The notes beneath the pieces are model-generated. The model ran no database searches, was not told the origin of the DNA, and worked only from the letters and a program-made list of their open reading frames with translations. Shown here one piece after another: positions 48,082-57,707 of a DNA stretch of 64,000 bases. This DNA comes from Bdellovibrionota bacterium (GTDB lineage Bacteria > Bdellovibrionota > UBA2428). The first letter of the stretch is position 1, and the number at the start of each line of letters is the position of its first letter. The stretch is taken from positions 67,668-131,667 of the forward strand of contig JAWKOD010000006.1 of the NCBI GenBank assembly GCA_041391385.1, in the 5' to 3' direction. The position numbers were made by a program, and so were the translations under genes.

Positions 48082-48190
48082 TTTTGCTCGTCCTTTTTGA
48101 ATAATACTTTGTCGAAGCCTCCCTCGGAACCCTTAGCGCGGTTACCTCGGGAGGCTTCTTCGCGTCTTATTCAAAAAAACTTCGCAAAAC
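48081..48190. repeat. 110-nt segmented inverted repeat (long imperfect hairpin) abutting the rpsG stop codon
   Basis: Three complementary blocks: GTTTTGC (48081-87) with GCAAAAC (48184-90), TTTTTGAATAA (48094-104) with TTATTCAAAAA (48167-77), and GAAGCCTCCC (48114-23) with GGGAGGCTTC (48149-58). They are separated by internal loops. Confidence 0.7.
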
Positions 48191-48203
48191 TCAGCGGGCT
48201 TTT

Positions 48204-48275
48204 TCTAAAAGGTACCTAGTTACTTTTTACGTGTACCCGCTACCTTTTTACTCGTACCCGCTACCTTTTTGCGCT
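48204..48275. repeat. Intergenic AAAAGGTACC / TACCTTTTT repeat element, copy B
   Basis: The same 27-mer as 19039-19065, followed by two direct 17-mers GTACCCGCTACCTTTTT (48233-48249 and 48254-48270) spaced 21 nt apart. Confidence 0.65.
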
Positions 48276-48311
48276 TGATCGCACGACTTCTCTCCTTTAC
48301 CATCTTTCGCG

Positions 48312-49826
48312 ATGGTGCACTGTGGTAGAAGTTTTTGGGTTTCTCTGCGTAACTTTTTCATTCTTTTTTTGGCAGTAGGCAAGTTAACTGCCCAGGATCT
48401 TTTAACTGGCCAACAATTCGTTGAAGAAATTCAAAATATAATCTTTCAAGATGGACCTCGAGGTGCAGATTTGTATTTTCGACAAATGGCAGAAGAAGGT
48501 CGCATAGACCTTTCACGACTAAAAGCTCTCGTGCTTTCAGAAAATAAAGGAAAGAGTAAAAAAATTGAAGTTTTGATTCATCCTGACAACAAAGAGGTTG
48601 TGCCTTTTATGCAAAAACAACTTGAACGCGAGCGTATCGACTTTGTGGAACTTGTAGCGATTGAAGACGCTACTCTTCCTTCACCTAAGGAACCTTTTGT
48701 AGAAACAAAAGCCTCCTATGATCGTTGGACAAAGTATCGTATGGGATTTGTCTCAATTACAACATTGATAGGATTAATGGCAGGAGCCATTGTGCCTGAC
48801 CAGTTTGCTCATGGGTGGAGTTTTGAGAATATTGACTCGTACAAAGTTCTTACAGCGTCAATTATGTCGATGTTTGTTATCTCGGTCGAAATTTGTACAA
48901 GTATTTATACGAGTTCACTTGATTCCTTTTTATGGTCACCTCGAGACTTCCAACGCCTCCGACTTTCAAGTGATTCAGGGAAGCGTATACACGCGAGACT
49001 AACAGATTTTTTAAAAAATCTAGGTTTATCTCTTATGGCTCTATCTCAAGGACAAGGTGCTGAAGCTAGATTTAACTTTGCAGAAGCAATGAACGGTGCA
49101 GGTCGAATGGCTGGAGATGGCATGGTTAAGCTTGGTTTTAACCAGATAACTGATCTTGGCAATAATTTGCTTACAAAAGCTAGAAATAGAAGTCCCAGTG
49201 GCGAGATTAAGTATAATGCAAACTATTGGAATATTAATATATTCAACTTTGTGTACATGAATGCTGTTTTTCTTGTGGGTTATTCGATGAGCTATTTTAC
49301 GGGTATACCCACAGATAATCTTTTTGTGCATATGGGGATTTCAGCAGCGAGTGTTTTTGCTTTTTATTTTGCATGTGCGAAGAATCAAAATAATATTGGT
49401 ACCCTTAAGGCTCTTGGATATATCGATGAAGCGACACGTTTGAAGTCTGAGTTAATGGGACTTTATTTTGCCAAGCCGTGGCGAATCATGGCTGAGCTAG
49501 GCGGTCCATCAATCACAATTTTAGGTTTTGCAACGGGTGTGCCCATGCTCCAAATGGCAGGTATCTCTTTGCAGCTCCTTTCTGGGTTACTCGTGACAGT
49601 CCCCTCGACTAGACGCTTGGCAGAAATTGAAAGGTTTGCCCGCGAGACAGGGGCTATTTTTGATGAAAATCATCGCCTCGCACAAGCAGGTGATTTAGTG
49701 GAGCGTCCTTTTAAATATAGAGGTATAGAATCGGGAGCGCCTAAAGGAGTCGTTCAAAAATGTCTTTATTACTTAAAAGGTGGCTATCTTAAAAATGGAG
49801 CTCGTCTCCCTCAAACAGCAATTTAG
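48312..49826 (+). CDS. Orphan membrane protein (504 aa) inserted between rpsG and fusA
   Basis: Signal/anchor FFILFLAVGKLTAQ, a ~130-aa soluble region, then at least 6 hydrophobic segments. No recognisable family. Confidence 0.6.
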   Translation: MVHCGRSFWVSLRNFFILFLAVGKLTAQDLLTGQQFVEEIQNIIFQDGPRGADLYFRQMAEEGRIDLSRLKALVLSENKGKSKKIEVLIHPDNKEVVPFMQKQLERERIDFVELVAIEDATLPSPKEPFVETKASYDRWTKYRMGFVSITTLIGLMAGAIVPDQFAHGWSFENIDSYKVLTASIMSMFVISVEICTSIYTSSLDSFLWSPRDFQRLRLSSDSGKRIHARLTDFLKNLGLSLMALSQGQGAEARFNFAEAMNGAGRMAGDGMVKLGFNQITDLGNNLLTKARNRSPSGEIKYNANYWNINIFNFVYMNAVFLVGYSMSYFTGIPTDNLFVHMGISAASVFAFYFACAKNQNNIGTLKALGYIDEATRLKSELMGLYFAKPWRIMAELGGPSITILGFATGVPMLQMAGISLQLLSGLLVTVPSTRRLAEIERFARETGAIFDENHRLAQAGDLVERPFKYRGIESGAPKGVVQKCLYYLKGGYLKNGARLPQTAI

Positions 49827-49892
49827 TTAAAAGTATATCCTTCTGACCTGCCTTTAAACCGAGAAGCATTGCGATTAGGATTAATTGCATAG

Positions 49893-51994
49893 ATGGCGCT
49901 TAAAAAAGGATCCTTAGAATCATTTAGAAATATTGGAATTATTGCGCATATTGATGCGGGAAAAACGACCACAACTGAACGTATTCTTTTTTACACAGGA
50001 TCATCGCATAAAATTGGTGAGGTTCATGATGGCGAAGCTGTCATGGATTGGATGGAGCAAGAGCGCGAGCGGGGAATTACAATTACGGCCGCTGCAACGA
50101 CTTGTTATTGGAAAGATTATCGCATCAACATTATCGACACTCCTGGGCATGTAGATTTTACAATCGAAGTGGAGCGATCTCTGCGAGTTCTAGACGGAGC
50201 TGTGGGAGTGTTTTGCGCCGTCGGAGGTGTTCAACCCCAAAGTGAAACAGTGTGGAGACAAGCGAATAAATACAAAGTTCCTCGCATAGCGTTTGTAAAC
50301 AAAATGGATCGCACTGGAGCTAACTTTAACAGAGTTCTTGATCAAATGAAGTCGAAGTTAGCGGCTAAACCTCTTGCCTTAGTTATGCCAGTAGGAGAGG
50401 GCGAAGATTTTGAGGGATTCCTTGATCTTTTAAACGCTAAAAAAATAACTTGGTCAAAAGACGATGTGGATGGGAAAGGTTTTCTATCTGAAGAAATTCC
50501 TTCTGATATGAATGATGATTTTCAGGCTGCTCGATCTGCGATGATCGAAACTCTCGCAGATTGTGATGATCAAATCATGGAAAAATACTTGGCAGAAGAA
50601 TCCATCAGTGAAGTTGAATTGCGTGATGCCGTTAGAAGGTCCTCTTTGTCGCTTAAGGCAACACCTGTTATTTGCGGATCTGCTTTTAAAAACAAAGGCG
50701 TTCAGTTTTTATTGGACGCCATCTGTGATTTTTTACCGAGTCCCGCTGAAGTGCCCCCCATGGAAGGCTTTGACCCCGCTCACGAAGATAAAAAGTTGCT
50801 TCGAATAGCCAACAAGGATGAAGCCTTCTCTGCTCTTGCCTTTAAAATTGCACATGATCCCTTTGTCGGCACCATTACTTATACACGCATTTATTCTGGA
50901 TCTATTAAAGCGAATCAAAGTTGCTTGAATGTTGTGAAGGACAAGTCGGAGCGTATTCAACGTATTTTAATGATGCATGCCAATAAGCGCAGCGAACTTC
51001 AAGAGGCGAGTGCGGGAGAAATTGTAGCTATTGTTGGATTCCGTCATACTCAAACGGGTGAGTCATTGGCTGACTCCAAAAATCCGATTCTCTTTGAAAA
51101 AATGACTTTTCCAGAGCCGGTGATTTCAATTGCAATTGAACCAAAGTCTCAAGCGGATCAAGAAAAGCTTTTTGAAAGTTTAAGAAAAATGAGTTGGGAA
51201 GATCCAACATTTAGAGTGCGCACCAATGAAGAAACAGGCCAGGTGTTAATTTCTGGAATGGGGGAGCTTCATTTAGAAATTGTTGTAGATCGCTTACTGC
51301 GAGAGCACAAGGTTCCCGCAAACGTAGGTAAACCTCAGGTGAGTTACCGTGAGAGTATATCTGCGGAATCTAAGGCATCTAATACATGCGAGAGAGATGT
51401 TGGTGGGAAAAAGCAATTTGGCCAAATTACTTTGCGAGTTTATGCACGTGAGCGCGGTGCAGGAAACGAAGTCATTGATTCCATTAAAAATTCGCAGTTG
51501 CCTAAAGTTATTAAAGAACAAATATTAAAAAATGTTCCACTTCTTCTTCAAAGCGGACCCATTGCGGGATTTCCAGTAGTTGATGTTGGTGTGGAGCTAT
51601 TGGGAGCAGAGTATAGAGAAAATGAGTCCTTGGATTTAGCGTATTTAACTGCTCTTTCAATGGCCTTGCAGGAGGCATTCAAAAAGCACAGCCGAAACTT
51701 TTAGAGCCCGTAATGAAGCTAGAGGTAACTTGTCCCAGTGATTTTGTTGGAGACGTTGTGTCTGACTTGGGTATTCGACGTGGTCGCATTCAAGAGATGG
51801 AGTCTCAAGAAGATGTGGGTCTTCAAGTTGTTAAAGCTGAAGTGCCATTGGCCAGTGTGTTTGGATATTCTACAGATCTACGTTCTCGAACTCAGGGGCG
51901 TGGAACTTTTGTCTTAGAGTTTGCACAGTATGATTCTATGCCGCCCAATGTTGAGAAGGCTATTTTAGAGAAGTTTACGGGTGTATCCTATTAA
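49893..51994 (+). pseudogene. fusA: Elongation factor G, with the frame broken at 51681-51686 (AAAAAG) as given
   Basis: ORF 49893..51704 has [24 protein letters not shown] and domains I-IV. The -1 frame from 51683 reads [25 protein letters not shown]... to 51994 (domain V). The joined length of ~700 aa is full size. Confidence 0.9.
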
Positions 51995-52808
51995 AAGAAG
52001 AAGAGTATTGGCTCTCTTTGGAGCCGTATTTTTTACACTTGGACTCGCATTAATAATGATACAAGAACGTCTTATTTTTTTTCCTGAACAAATTTCTGAG
52101 CAATATACTTTTAAATTTAAAAATTTCGACGAGATTTTTTTTGATTTTGAAGGTCAAAAAATGAACTCTTTGCTTTTTCCAGAAGACTCTTCAGATATTG
52201 TTCTACTTTATTTGCATGGAAACGCAGGAAGTTTAGTGGGTTGGGGAGACGTCGCCTCTAAGTTGCGAGATGAGTTGTCCGTAGGTGTTTGGATTGTTGA
52301 CTATCCAGGCTATGGGAAGAGTGAGGGCTCAATTCAATCCGAAAGGCAGCTCCTGGCTTTTACCGAGCATTTTTTATCAGTTGCAAGAAAAGCTTTCCCT
52401 CAAAAGAACTTTGTTATGTACGGACGCTCAATTGGAAGTGGGCCAGCCGCGTGGGTAGCAGCTAAGTATAAACTTCCTTTAATATTAGAAACTCCCTATG
52501 CGAGCTTTTCTAAATTAGCTTCTGAACACGCACCTTGGTTTCCTTCTTTTTTGAAACGCTATACTTTTGAGACACTTAAGTGGCTTAAGAATTACAAGCA
52601 ACCTTTGTTGCTGATTCACGGCAATCAAGATGAGGTGATTCCAGTTGAGCATTCTCATTTGCTCAAGGAGGCGTTGCCTAAGTCAAACTTTAAAGAAATT
52701 GTTGGCGGAACACATAACAACCTATCGGACTTTAAAGACTATTGGTCAAGTTTAAGGGTTTTTGTGAATAAATTAACCCCTGTAGATTTACGAGAGCTTT
52801 CTCTCTAG
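51981..52808 (+). CDS. Alpha/beta hydrolase (membrane-anchored)
   Basis: 275 aa. GTG start overlapping the fusA end. N-terminal TM segment, HGNAG oxyanion region, YGRSIGSG nucleophile elbow, HGNQDEVIP and GGTHNN. Confidence 0.75.
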   Translation: MYPIKRRRVLALFGAVFFTLGLALIMIQERLIFFPEQISEQYTFKFKNFDEIFFDFEGQKMNSLLFPEDSSDIVLLYLHGNAGSLVGWGDVASKLRDELSVGVWIVDYPGYGKSEGSIQSERQLLAFTEHFLSVARKAFPQKNFVMYGRSIGSGPAAWVAAKYKLPLILETPYASFSKLASEHAPWFPSFLKRYTFETLKWLKNYKQPLLLIHGNQDEVIPVEHSHLLKEALPKSNFKEIVGGTHNNLSDFKDYWSSLRVFVNKLTPVDLRELSL

Positions 52809-52889
52809 TTAGTGGGCTTAATTCCACTTAAAGATTTGTAATTACCACGAAATAAGTCGAATTATGGCCTATTTTCCTCGCAGGTGCAT

Positions 52890-54137
52890 ATGGGTGGAGT
52901 TAGGGATTTAATCTTATTTTTGTGTTTACTCTTAAGCTTTGAGGCTAACTCAAAGGCAACTAAGTTTTGTTTAGATCATTTAACTTCTACTACGGTTGGT
53001 ATTAAGCGATCTGAATTTTCGAGCGCTGTAAATGAAGTAGAGAAAGTTATTACACAAAAAGAGGCGAGTAAGCCTCATCAGGTAGAGGAACAGTTAGCAA
53101 CATTAGGTTCTTGGTTAGAACTTAAAGACCAACGACCTGATTTAGTTGTTGCTGGGGTCGTAAGACTTTTGGATTCAGTAACAAATAAAGAACTTCCCAA
53201 GCTAGAGGTTGCTCAACTGATTGCAAAGCATTTCGCAGATATATTAGAGATTACAGCCGTTGAAGACTCCTACCGCTACTTTCATGCAAAACTGAACGGC
53301 TTTTTATTGACCTCACTTGATGTGGAATCATTTGCAAAGATTGCTGATGTTGTACTTGCTCATCGTGCCAAGAGAAATACAAAGTATAAATTTGAAGTTC
53401 TTAGTCAATTAGAACAACTGCTTTTGTCTTTTGGTTATAAGAAAGGATACTATCGGTATCTGAGTTTTCCTCAGGGATCTAAACAGCAAGCTGCTTATAA
53501 GTGGAATCGACTCAGGTCGGGGCATTTGGATGATATAGATGTAACTTCTGGAGTTGAAATGGGAACGCTTATGTTGACTGAGAAAAGCTTTGCCTCACAG
53601 TTTTCTCATCATCTAGCGCAGTGGCGAGCTTACCTGAATACGGATAACCTTGTAACCTTGCTCGATTCAGACCCTTTTTCTTCAAGTAGATTGTCTATGG
53701 ACATTCAAAGAGAAGTTTTTCAACTAGCTCAACCCGAGGGAGCTTCTATCCCGGCTGCTATGATGCCTGATTTTACGACTCACTTGGCGCTTAAGTATAT
53801 TTCACGGACTTTTGTTTTAATGAAAGCCGAGAATAACTTTGGTCACGCTCTAGAAGCGTTTTTTGATTTTTTTGAAAAGCCAAATTTGGAACGACAAGAA
53901 TCGTATGATTTTATAAATGATCTCTCATCTAGATATGCTTCATTTATTAATCTTGCAGTTGCCTGGGAGAATGTTATTTTATGGAACTTGGAATCTAAGA
54001 GTCAGTGGGCTGTGCCAGAGGATAAACTTTTAGAGCAAGCGCGCTTAGTGCCAGATTTTATATTTCATCTTGTTTATCAAGAAACACGTAACACACGACT
54101 GTTAAGTTTCATGGAAAAGCTAGCTGCGCTTAGATGA
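52890..54137 (+). CDS. Secreted hypothetical protein
   Basis: ~415 aa with signal-like LILFLCLLLSFEANS. No recognisable domain. Confidence 0.5.
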   Translation: MGGVRDLILFLCLLLSFEANSKATKFCLDHLTSTTVGIKRSEFSSAVNEVEKVITQKEASKPHQVEEQLATLGSWLELKDQRPDLVVAGVVRLLDSVTNKELPKLEVAQLIAKHFADILEITAVEDSYRYFHAKLNGFLLTSLDVESFAKIADVVLAHRAKRNTKYKFEVLSQLEQLLLSFGYKKGYYRYLSFPQGSKQQAAYKWNRLRSGHLDDIDVTSGVEMGTLMLTEKSFASQFSHHLAQWRAYLNTDNLVTLLDSDPFSSSRLSMDIQREVFQLAQPEGASIPAAMMPDFTTHLALKYISRTFVLMKAENNFGHALEAFFDFFEKPNLERQESYDFINDLSSRYASFINLAVAWENVILWNLESKSQWAVPEDKLLEQARLVPDFIFHLVYQETRNTRLLSFMEKLAALR

Positions 54138-54143
54138 TTCCAT

Positions 54144-55037
54144 TTATGGATTTCGTATTGCCCAAGAAATGAGGCTGTGCCCATAGATGTTTGGGTGAAT
54201 TCTATCTTTTTGTAACCATCCTAAATCTCCGGGGTCGCGCAATATACCGAGTCTGTCGAGCTCAATGAGTTTATTTTTGTAACTAGATAGAGATTTGTAG
54301 TTCGTTGGTTTGCAGGCGCTCCAGTTTTTTTGAGTACAGTTTAGACGTGAAAAGGTGTCAACGTAAGTGAATCCTCTGCGCTTTGATTCTGAAGCAAGAA
54401 ACCAGTTAAAGTCTGCCAGAGCATTTGTGAACGAAACATGCACACTCGGAGCGAGGCTTTTGAGTACGCAAGCGCGAGTTCTAGATTCATTCATGAGAGG
54501 ATAATAGATTCCTAAAACTCTAACGCGACTTGTAGGTTTTTTGTAACGTTGGACGTCGTTCATCATAGAGAAGAAATCACTTTTTGCTTTTTCTAATGTT
54601 GGATAAAAATTTTCAGGCTTACAGAGATCAATATATTTTTTGTGATTCAAATCTAGAAAATTATTTCCACCACCTTCTAGGAAGATAAGGTCTGCCTCGC
54701 GAATTCTATTTGCGTTTCGATTGATGAGAGAGTTAAAAATTTGCTCAAGAGTAAAGCCCGCTGCAGCTATGTTTCTTACTCTTACGCTATAGTCGTAGCT
54801 TTGGTTGTACCAGCTCCCAAAATGGTCGGCATAAGTACCACCCTCTACTTTTTTGAGCCAAAAACTAGAGTTAAAGCCACTTGCAACGCTGTCTCCGAAA
54901 GAGGCGACTTTAAGCTCTGGGCCGAAAAGTCCCCTAAAAAATGAGCTAGAGGATCGTAGTCCCCCAGGCCAAGCCATGGCTTGCTTTGTAAATCCTTGAG
55001 ATCCAATGTAAAATGCTAATATTATTAGTTTTTTCAT
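54144..55037 (-). CDS. SGNH/GDSL-family lipase/esterase (secreted)
   Basis: 297 aa. Block I FGDSVASG, block III EGGGNNF, block V DRIHPN. Has a signal peptide. Confidence 0.8.
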   Translation of the reverse strand: MKKLIILAFYIGSQGFTKQAMAWPGGLRSSSSFFRGLFGPELKVASFGDSVASGFNSSFWLKKVEGGTYADHFGSWYNQSYDYSVRVRNIAAAGFTLEQIFNSLINRNANRIREADLIFLEGGGNNFLDLNHKKYIDLCKPENFYPTLEKAKSDFFSMMNDVQRYKKPTSRVRVLGIYYPLMNESRTRACVLKSLAPSVHVSFTNALADFNWFLASESKRRGFTYVDTFSRLNCTQKNWSACKPTNYKSLSSYKNKLIELDRLGILRDPGDLGWLQKDRIHPNIYGHSLISWAIRNP

Positions 55038-55187
55038 TTATAAAGCTCCCCGGGAGGCACCCCTTTACTTAAGGATCGGGGATCTTTTTGTCTTGCACAA
55101 GCCCGGTCAAAAGGTTGTCGCTGCTTCAGCTTCAGCTAAAAGTTAGGGGGAGGGCTAAATTTTCTTAATTTTTCTTAAGGGTTGCAC

Positions 55188-55217
55188 TTGATGTCCTACC
55201 CAGCTTGAGGCTATAAA
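55188..55217 (+). promoter_or_regulatory. Candidate promoter of the S10 operon
   Basis: TTGATG (55188-93), an 18-nt spacer and TATAAA (55212-17), about 75 nt upstream of rpsJ. Pattern match only. Confidence 0.3.
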
Positions 55218-55291
55218 AACCCGACACGTTAACTTTGTTCTTTGAAGTAACTGGTTTAGAGGTTTTGTATGTTGAAGGATTTTATAACTGT

Positions 55292-55600
55292 ATGAAAGTG
55301 CAAAAAATACGAATTAAATTGAAGGCATTTGACAGTCGTCTATTAGACACTGCTGTTGCATCCATCTTGGAGACGGTTAAGAGAACCGGCGCTGAAATTT
55401 CAGGCCCAATACCTCTACCAACTTCCATTAACCGATTCACGGTTCTGCGTAGTCCGCACATCGATAAGAAAAGCCGTGAACAATTTGAAATTAGAACTCA
55501 TAAGAGACTCATCGATATCCTCGATCCGAATCAGCAAACAATTGATTCGTTGATGAAGCTGGATCTTTCAGCGGGCGTCGATGTTGAGATTAAGCTGTAG
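55292..55600 (+). CDS. rpsJ: 30S ribosomal protein S10
   Basis: 102 aa from ATG 55292 (the track ORF from 55235 is an upstream extension). IRIKLKAFD...SGPIPLPT...FTVLRSPH. Confidence 0.95.
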   Translation: MKVQKIRIKLKAFDSRLLDTAVASILETVKRTGAEISGPIPLPTSINRFTVLRSPHIDKKSREQFEIRTHKRLIDILDPNQQTIDSLMKLDLSAGVDVEIKL

Positions 55601-55609
55601 GAGTGATGT

Positions 55610-56271
55610 ATGGGAACAGTTAATCTACCAGTTATCGATATTAACGGAAAATCAAAAGGAAATGTAGATGCTCCTGCTGCACTCTTTGCTGCCGAAGCAA
55701 ATGAAGCAGCTCTTCACTTTGTATGTGAAGGTCAGCGCTACAGATTCTATAAAAAGACAGCGAAAACAAAAGGCCGAGCTGAAGTTGCCGGTGGCGGAAG
55801 AAAATCTCGCCAGCAAAAAGGTTCAGGGAGTGCTCGTCAAGGTGGAAGCCGTGCTCCTCACCATGTAGGTGGGGGTGTGGTTTTCGGACCTCAGCCAGTG
55901 AATCGCAAATTTAAAGTCAATAAAAAAGTAAGAGACATTGCAATGGCAACTGTTCTTTCTGATCGCGCAGGAAGTGGACAAATTCACGTTCTCGATTGGA
56001 ATTCAGAGGCTCCTAAGACGTCACTTGTTCAGGGCTTTTAGAAACACTTCAATTGAATACAGCGCGTGTGGGATTTGTAACAAGTCGTTCACTCGAAACT
56101 TCAGTTGTGAAGAGTGTGAGAAACCTTAAAAAGACAGATCTCTTAACAGAAGAAAAATGGACACCATTTGATTTTGTTAAAGCAGATTGTCTTATCTTTA
56201 CGAAAGCAGCTTTTGACTCTTTTGTTAAGCATTACACAGTTAATTCTGAAGCTAAGGGCGGAGAAAACTAA
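55610..56271 (+). pseudogene. rplD: 50S ribosomal protein L4, with one frameshift at the T-run 56036-56039 as given
   Basis: ORF 55610..56041 has GGGRKSRQQKGSGSARQGGSRAPHHVGGGVVFGP. Reading GGC TTT TTA GAA... with one extra T joins it to ORF 56053..56271 (LETLQLNTARVGFVTS...). Confidence 0.9.
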
Positions 56272-56552
56272 TGAAAACGCTTGTAGACGGACTCATTCAA
56301 CCTATCGTGACTGAAAAATCAGCACGCTTAGAAAAAAAGAACAACGACGTCGCTATTCTTGTAGCGGATAAAATGACTAAGCCTCAGATCTCTAAGGCTG
56401 TTCAAGAAGTTTTCGGTATTAAGCCTTTGAGCGTTCGTATCGTAAATTTTCGTCGTAAAGAAAAAAGAAACAAATTCTCAGTCATAGCTCCTCAGAGTTT
56501 CAAAAAAGCATATTTGAAACTTCCTGAGGGAAAGCGTCTTGAGTTGAAGTAG
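56271..56552 (+). CDS. rplW: 50S ribosomal protein L23
   Basis: 93 aa. Operon position. The ATG overlaps the rplD stop (TAATG). Confidence 0.93.
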   Translation: MKTLVDGLIQPIVTEKSARLEKKNNDVAILVADKMTKPQISKAVQEVFGIKPLSVRIVNFRRKEKRNKFSVIAPQSFKKAYLKLPEGKRLELK

Positions 56553-56565
56553 GAGCGACCAGAAC

Positions 56566-57405
56566 ATGAAAAGCTTTCGCCCAACATCTCCATCTAATCG
56601 CCAGAGAACAGTGGCTGATTTTTCTGATTTAGAAAAATCTGCTCCACCTAAGTCTCTTCTAACGAGCAAAACTCGTCAGGCGGGTCGTAACAACCACGGT
56701 CATATTACAAGCCGCTTTCGTGGAGGCGGTCATAAAAGAAGATATCGTTTAGTAAGTTTTTGCCGAGAGCACGTAGGTGTTCCAGCTGTTGTTGAGGGTC
56801 TTTATTATGATCCCAACAGAAGTGCACGTTTAGCACTTTTGCATTATGCAAACGGCGCAAAAGCCTTCATTTTAGCTCCAGTGGGAATTAAAAAAGGCGA
56901 CAAACTTGAAACAGGTCCTCAGGCAGACATTAAGCCTGGGAATTCACTCCCTCTATTAAATATACCTATGGGTTCAAACATCCATAGTATTGAAATTTAC
57001 CCTGGTAGTGGTGCTCAGCTTGTAAGATCTGCAGGTGTGGCAGCACAACTTTTGGGTCGCGAAGGAAAATTCGCTCAAATCAGACTTCCCAGTGGTGAAG
57101 TAAGACTTGTAAACAATGATTGCTATGCAACTATTGGCCAAGTTGGAAACACTGAACACGAAGGTGTCGTTGCCGGTAAGGCAGGACGCACTCGCTGGAA
57201 GGGTAAGAGACCTCATAACCGAGGTACAACAATGAACCCAGTAGATCACCCGCATGGTGGTGGTGAAGGTCGCACAACTGGTGGACGTCACCCCGTTTCA
57301 CCTTGGGGCAAACCTACTAAAGGATTTAAAACACGTAGTAATAAACGCACTGACGCTTTCATTGTGAAAGGTCGTCCGCGCGGTAAGCAAACAGGCGGAA
57401 GGTAA
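56566..57405 (+). CDS. rplB: 50S ribosomal protein L2
   Basis: 279 aa. [19 protein letters not shown] and [14 protein letters not shown]. Confidence 0.98.
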   Translation: MKSFRPTSPSNRQRTVADFSDLEKSAPPKSLLTSKTRQAGRNNHGHITSRFRGGGHKRRYRLVSFCREHVGVPAVVEGLYYDPNRSARLALLHYANGAKAFILAPVGIKKGDKLETGPQADIKPGNSLPLLNIPMGSNIHSIEIYPGSGAQLVRSAGVAAQLLGREGKFAQIRLPSGEVRLVNNDCYATIGQVGNTEHEGVVAGKAGRTRWKGKRPHNRGTTMNPVDHPHGGGEGRTTGGRHPVSPWGKPTKGFKTRSNKRTDAFIVKGRPRGKQTGGR

Positions 57406-57410
57406 TTGAT

Positions 57411-57695
57411 ATGGCTCGTTCATTAAAAAAAGGACCATTTATCGCTAACTCGCTTCAAGAGAAGATTGAAAAAGCTCGCAAGGAAGGCGCTCGAAAAAGC
57501 GTCATTAAAACTTGGTCAAGAGCTTCTTTGATTACTCCTGACGCTGTCGGATTAAGCTTTGCTGTTCATAACGGCAAAAAGTTTATTCCACTTTATGTAA
57601 CTGAAAACATGGTGGGACACCGTTTTGGGGAATTTGCTCCAACACGACATTTTGGTGGTCACACGTCTGGCGATAAAAAAGCCAGCGCATCTTAA
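57411..57695 (+). CDS. rpsS: 30S ribosomal protein S19
   Basis: 94 aa. [38 protein letters not shown]. Confidence 0.98.
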   Translation: MARSLKKGPFIANSLQEKIEKARKEGARKSVIKTWSRASLITPDAVGLSFAVHNGKKFIPLYVTENMVGHRFGEFAPTRHFGGHTSGDKKASAS

Positions 57696-57707
57696 GGAGG
57701 AATGGAA

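Noticed and set aside
51670-51715. Calling the fusA break a confirmed programmed -1 ribosomal frameshift.
   Set aside because: The AAAAAG and AGGAGG context is suggestive. However, rplK, rplA, rpoB and rplD also show frame breaks at or next to short homopolymers, mostly 1-nt shortfalls. The SD spacing is short and no downstream structure is evident. It is kept as a finding, with sequencing error as the default explanation.
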